A DNA stretch of 64,000 nucleotides, from NCBI GenBank assembly GCA_965222605.1, contig OZ244960.1, positions 1,760,001-1,824,000 of the forward strand, read 5' to 3'. Numbering within the stretch: the first letter of the stretch is position 1; every line of letters starts with the position of its first letter. Under the pieces are notes generated by a model. It was not told where the DNA came from and did no database searches. It worked only from the letters and a program-made list of their open reading frames with translations. Source of the stretch: Candidatus Latescibacterota bacterium. GTDB lineage: Bacteria > Latescibacterota > UBA2968. This document shows, in pieces, positions 59,207-64,000 of this stretch. Made by a program: the position numbers and the translations under genes.

Positions 59207-59404
59207 GTCGATGTCTTCTCGCCGAGATCGTTGGGTTGAGGTATCCAAAACGCATTCCTATTTTTTCAGCACTGATCCTTAGACCACGCAATACGCCAAA
59301 ACGTTCCCATCCACCATCGTCCATCCCATATCTAAATCCCTTTATTTTTTCGCATTGAGAATTATATTTAAATGTTCACAATTCATTCTCAAAAGGAGAC
59401 GACA

Positions 59405-59782
59405 ATGAAAAAACAACCCTTCACCAGCAAACGCGGCAACATCCCCAAATTCCCCTACTCGCAAGCCATAATCTACGGCGACCTCATCTTCATCTCTGCT
59501 CAACCCCCGGTTGATCCGGAAACCGATGAAATTGTCGGAGACGATATCAAAACGCAAACCCGGTGCATTCTCACCAATATCTCGGGCATTCTCGAAGACG
59601 CGGGAACATCGCTCGACAACGTTCTGAAAGTAACAGCCATCCTCAAAGATCGCTCTCTTTTTTCGGACTTCAACGACGCCTACGCCGAATTTTTTCCCGA
59701 AAACGCACCCACGCGCACCCCCATCTTCGGCGATACTGGCGCACATCTGGTACTCCTCGACGTCATTGCAGGGATGGAGTAA
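59405..59782 (+). CDS. RidA/YjgF-family protein
   Basis: 'PYSQAI', 'QT...L.NI..ILEDAGTSLDNVLKVT', 'FNDAYAEFF...PTRT'. SD AAGGAG. Confidence 0.92.
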   Translation: MKKQPFTSKRGNIPKFPYSQAIIYGDLIFISAQPPVDPETDEIVGDDIKTQTRCILTNISGILEDAGTSLDNVLKVTAILKDRSLFSDFNDAYAEFFPENAPTRTPIFGDTGAHLVLLDVIAGME

Positions 59783-60791
59783 TCTGAATCGCCAACTTAC
59801 TCCCCACGCGAATCGCCTGCAACATATTCACGGCTTTGGCAACGCCCTTGCCCGCGATATCATAAGCCGTACCGTGATCCACAGACGCCCGCACAATCGG
59901 CAGCCCCAGCGTCACATTGACGGCCTCATCAAACGCCACCAGCTTTGCGGGCACATGACCTTGATCGTGATACATCGCCACCACGCCGTCGTAAAGCCCA
60001 TTATAAACCTTTAAAAAAGTCGTATCTGCAGGCAACGGACCGTCAACGCGCCAGCCTTCGCTCAAAGCCTTTTCAACTGCGGGACGGACGATCTCCGTAT
60101 CTTCGCTGCCGAACAAGCCATTTTCGCCCGCGTGTGGATTTAACCCGCATACCGCAATCCTCGGGTCTATCTTCCCCATGCCGACAAGCACATCGCGGGT
60201 CAGCCGAACAGTCTCGTAAATCAGATCGACTGTAAGCCTATCTGGAACCTCGTGCAATGCAATATGTCCCGTCACATGCGACACATTCATGCGATCAGAT
60301 ACCAGCATAAGATGTGCGCGTCCTGCACCTGATTTTTCAGCCAACAATTCCGTATGCCCCGCGTAGGGATAACCCGCCAGATTCATCGCCTCCTTATTTA
60401 AAGGCGCCGTCACAATACCGTCAATTCGATCCGCCATCGCCAGATCAACCGCGCGAATCACCCACTCAGCCGCTGCTCTTCCCGCCTCGCGACACACCTC
60501 GCCCATTTCGACCTGATCCACATCCACATCCACCGGGCACCAGACGTCAACGCACCCAAATTCAAACGCGCCATCTTCAGGTCCATCCACCACCCGCACA
60601 TCCAGTCGCACACCGGCCATAGCCATATCGCGTTTCAATATTTTCGGATGCCCAATAACCAATGGCTTGCATACGCAATAGCTTTCCTCACGCGCCAGAG
60701 CCTTCAAAATCACTTCTGGCCCTATACCACACGGATCGCCCATCGTAATGCCCATCAGAGGGCGTTTGTCCAAACCGTCTTTCTCAAGCAT
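59763..60791 (-). CDS. pdxA: 4-hydroxythreonine-4-phosphate dehydrogenase family
   Basis: 'ITMGDPCGIGPE', 'TAPLNKEA', 'GHTE', 'GLNPHAGE', 'MYHDQGH', 'SVDHGTAYDIAGKG'. Confidence 0.95.
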   Translation of the reverse strand: MLEKDGLDKRPLMGITMGDPCGIGPEVILKALAREESYCVCKPLVIGHPKILKRDMAMAGVRLDVRVVDGPEDGAFEFGCVDVWCPVDVDVDQVEMGEVCREAGRAAAEWVIRAVDLAMADRIDGIVTAPLNKEAMNLAGYPYAGHTELLAEKSGAGRAHLMLVSDRMNVSHVTGHIALHEVPDRLTVDLIYETVRLTRDVLVGMGKIDPRIAVCGLNPHAGENGLFGSEDTEIVRPAVEKALSEGWRVDGPLPADTTFLKVYNGLYDGVVAMYHDQGHVPAKLVAFDEAVNVTLGLPIVRASVDHGTAYDIAGKGVAKAVNMLQAIRVGSKLAIQITPSLQ

Positions 60792-60804
60792 AAAAAAATC
60801 CCAC

Positions 60805-60832
60805 AAAAAAGTGGCGACCCCAAAGCCGCCAC
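60805..60832 (-). terminator. Intrinsic terminator downstream of the RND permease
   Basis: GTGGCGGC-TTTGGG-GTCGCCAC-TTTTTT on the minus strand. Confidence 0.75.
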
Positions 60833-60935
60833 AATCGTTATTTCTCCTTTCCCTGCCACCTCACTACCAGAGCCGCAATTATATACACAGCAATCAGGCT
60901 AATCACTATTTCCATTACGCATCCTCTTTAAATAA

Positions 60936-63900
60936 TCAATCATCGTCAGCAGCATCGTAAGCCTCACCACCAGCGCGAGAGGCAAACACGCCCGCACCCA
61001 AACGCCGAATCGCCAGACGCAAATCGTCGAGCAAGGTATAAAACAAAGGTACGACCAGCAAAGTCAGAAATGTCGAGGCCAAAAGCCCGCCCATCATCGT
61101 GCGCCCCAAAGGCGCGTAAGGCGTACCCATTGCATTGCTATCACCCACAGCCATGGGCAGCAAACCAAATACCGTTGTAAACGTCGTCATCAAAATGGGG
61201 CGAAAGCGATTGCGCCCCGCTTCCATAATTGCATCAAAGCGATCCATGCCATCGGCACGCAAGCGATTGACCATATCCACCAGCACAATCGCATTATTCA
61301 CCACCACCCCAATTAACACAATCACCCCCACAGACGCCATTCCATCCATGGGCGTGTCTGTCAAATACAGCGTCCAGTAAATACCCAAAAAAGAAAATGG
61401 AATTGAAAAAAGCACTGAAAACGGCAAAATAAACGACTCAAACAAAACGCCCATCAACAAAAACACACACGTCACCGCCATCACAATTCCCAGTCTCTCA
61501 GAGGCTGCGTCCTCTTCAAGGCGTTTGAAACGCTCTCCCTTGTCCCACGAATACCCGCGTGGCAACTCGAGACCGGCCATCACTTTGTCAATCTCCTCGG
61601 CCAGGCCCTTAATATCTGCCCGCGTCGTATAAGCCCTGACACGCAACTTGACCTTGCCATCGTACCGCGAAATACGCCCCATACCCCGCGAGACCTGAAA
61701 AGAGGCGACCTCGCTCAAAGCCACTTCTGCACCATCGTCGGTCTCAAACGGAAAATTGCGCAACTGATTCAAATTTTGTCGGTCTGCCCTCTCCAAAAAA
61801 AGCCGCACCCGCACCTCGCCGTCATCGGATTTAAACCGGGGCAACGACACCCCTTGCAGGCCATAAGAAATATAGCGCGCAACATCCCGCACAGAAATCC
61901 CAAGCCGTTTCGCCCGTTCCCGATCAATCACGACCCGCACCTCGTCATCGGCAAGTTCCAAATCCGTGTCAATGCCGACGAGAGACGGGATTTGCCTCAA
62001 ACGCCGCTCCACCTCATCGACGAGACTGACCAGAACCTCGGTATCATCGCCCTCCAGATAAACCGACACGCCCGGCTCGCCACCACCGCCCCCATCGCCA
62101 CGCCCTTCCACGGAATGCCGCACACCCACATATTTGGGCATATTTTTGCTAATATCTTCCACGATCTCAGCCCGTTCCATTGGCCCTGCAACGGGTATCT
62201 CCAGTGCATTGCGCGCATTTTTGTACGCCACGTACCACCACGGGTTATCGCTTTTGGCCGGCATATACAAGCTCAGAGAAGCACGGCCTGGTCGATAAAA
62301 AATGCGCAGGGTTGCATAGCCGTATTTTTCGCGCCGCGCCTCCAAAAATTCCTCAACCTCTGCCACAATCGCTTCGGTTTCTTCTATCGAAAAGTGACGC
62401 GGCATCTTCAACCGCACGCTCAAATCGTTAAACTTGCCCCCGCGGTGGCGGTCTGCGCGCTTCAAATTATCCATGGGATACATCGTCGTAGCTGCAAGTG
62501 CCAGCGCGATCAATACCGCGTCCCGGCGGTGTCTCAATGTCCAACTCAACATGCGCGCATAAATTTCCCGCGCCTTCACAATGATTTTGGGATTGGGACG
62601 CACCCGACCTTTGCCCAATCGCACAGACGCCAGGGGAATAAATAACAGCGCCACAAATAACGACCCCACCAGAGCCACGCCAACCGGAACGCCCATGCGC
62701 GTCATATAAAAAGTCATAAACATATTGCCGCTAAACAACATCATCGGCAAAAATACCACCACCGTCGTCAACGTCGCCATAGTAATGGCCTGCCCCACCT
62801 CGCTCGCGCCAAATATGGCGGCATCTTCAGGCGCCTCGCCATTGCCCCGCCGGCGATAAATATTCTCCAAAATCACAATGGCATTATCCACAACCAGCCC
62901 AATCCCAACCATAAGACCCATCATAGTCACCACATTGAGCGACCAGCCGACAAAATACAACGCAGTCATCGCAATCATCACACACAGCGGGATAGCCAGT
63001 GTAATAATGGCCGTCATCCGCACAGTACGCAAAAAGAACAACAACACCAGCGCGGCAAATAGCCCACCCCAAAGCCCGGTCTCTTGAAGATTGCGAATCG
63101 ATTCCTTAATAAAAAAACCCTGATTGAACATCACCTGAAACGACACCTGCCCGGCCATGCGCGGATCTTCTTCAATGGTTTTCAATTTTGCCATGACGCG
63201 ATCGGTAACATCCACGACATTTGCACCCGATTCCTGTCTGATACCAAAACTAATAGCTGTTTTGCCATCAATGCGCTGCGTCCACGACTTTTCGGGCACC
63301 TCGAAAACCACTGAAGCCACATCGCCCAGGCGCACCTTGCCAGCCCGCGATTGAATCTGGATATTTTCAATTTCTCGCAACGTGACATACTGCGCCAGCG
63401 ACCGCACGTAAAATTTCTTTGTGCCTTCGCGCACATAGCCCCCGGCAAGCGCGAAATTGTCGCTCCTCAAGGTCGAAACAATCTCGCCAATGCGCACACC
63501 GCGCGCCCTCATGCGCTCTTGATCCACCTCCACCATCACTTCCTTGCGATCTGCGCCAAACACATCCACGCGCCCAACCCCGTCCACACGCTCCAAAGGA
63601 CGCTGCACAAAGGTCTCGATAAACTGAAAGGGTTCCGTAATGGCCTGATCCACCGACACAGCCACATACATAACAGACCACGAATCCTGATCGTATTGTG
63701 AATACGCACGTCGTCTCGCGCCTCTTCCGGCAGCAGAGGCTTGAGGCGCTCGAGCCGATCTGAAACCTGATTGTAGGCGGCCACCATATCTGTATATTGG
63801 CGAAATTCCATATGCACGCGCACACCCCGAGAGCTCGAGCTACGCATGGACTTAATACCCTTTACAGTACGCAGCGTCTCTTCCAGCGGCAGGGTGATCT

Positions 63901-64000
63901 GTTGATCGGTCTCCTGCGGAGAGGCATTGCGAAACCCAATGGACACAACCAAAAATGGCGGCGTCAAACCATTGGGCATCATCTTGACGGGCATACGCAC
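60936..64000 (-). CDS. AcrB-family RND permease (5' end outside window) with an apparent 1-nt frameshift near 63696
   Basis: 'GLVVDNAIVILENI', 'GVVVNNAIVLVD', 'RFRPILMT'. The upstream frame 'ASPQETDQQITLPLEETL' joins if one A is added. Confidence 0.88.

Noticed and set aside
1-64000. CRISPR arrays, tRNA, rRNA, prophage, integrase, reverse transcriptase
   Set aside because: None seen by eye; a short structured RNA could have been missed without a covariance-model scan.

Overview
64 kb of bacterial chromosome, mostly minus-strand. The housekeeping backbone is gatB-gatA-tatA-DUF4321-pssA-htrA-truA, comEC, accA-aspC-argJ, alaC-cimA-leuD-leuC-leuA-ilvN, ggt and pdxA. It also carries two heavy-metal RND efflux operons (Czc-like at 1-4 kb, Cus-like at 49-55 kb) and a third RND permease at the right edge. 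The main accessory feature is a ~10.2 kb defence island (9908-20150) with no integrase, bounded by a 53-bp duplication of the gatB 3' end. It holds a HEPN/Abi-like gene, a type III R-M pair with a PIN toxin-antitoxin module between mod and res, DUF2513, and an AbiC-like membrane gene. The island is decaying: nonsense codons in mod and the HEPN gene, an ISKra4-family insertion (9-bp TSD) in the AbiC-like gene, a 128-bp MITE nested in the end of an IS3 remnant, and a HicB fragment fused in frame to the duplicated gatB tail. Other candidates are an ATPase + TOPRIM-like (DUF4276) pair, an unannotated three-gene cassette with a nuclease-like first gene (55.5-57.2 kb), a Leu-rich leader peptide ahead of the ilvN-leu operon, and a Cys-rich uORF plus terminator-like hairpin ahead of cusCBA. 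Several deletion scars are visible. All calls come from reading motifs by eye; no searches were run.
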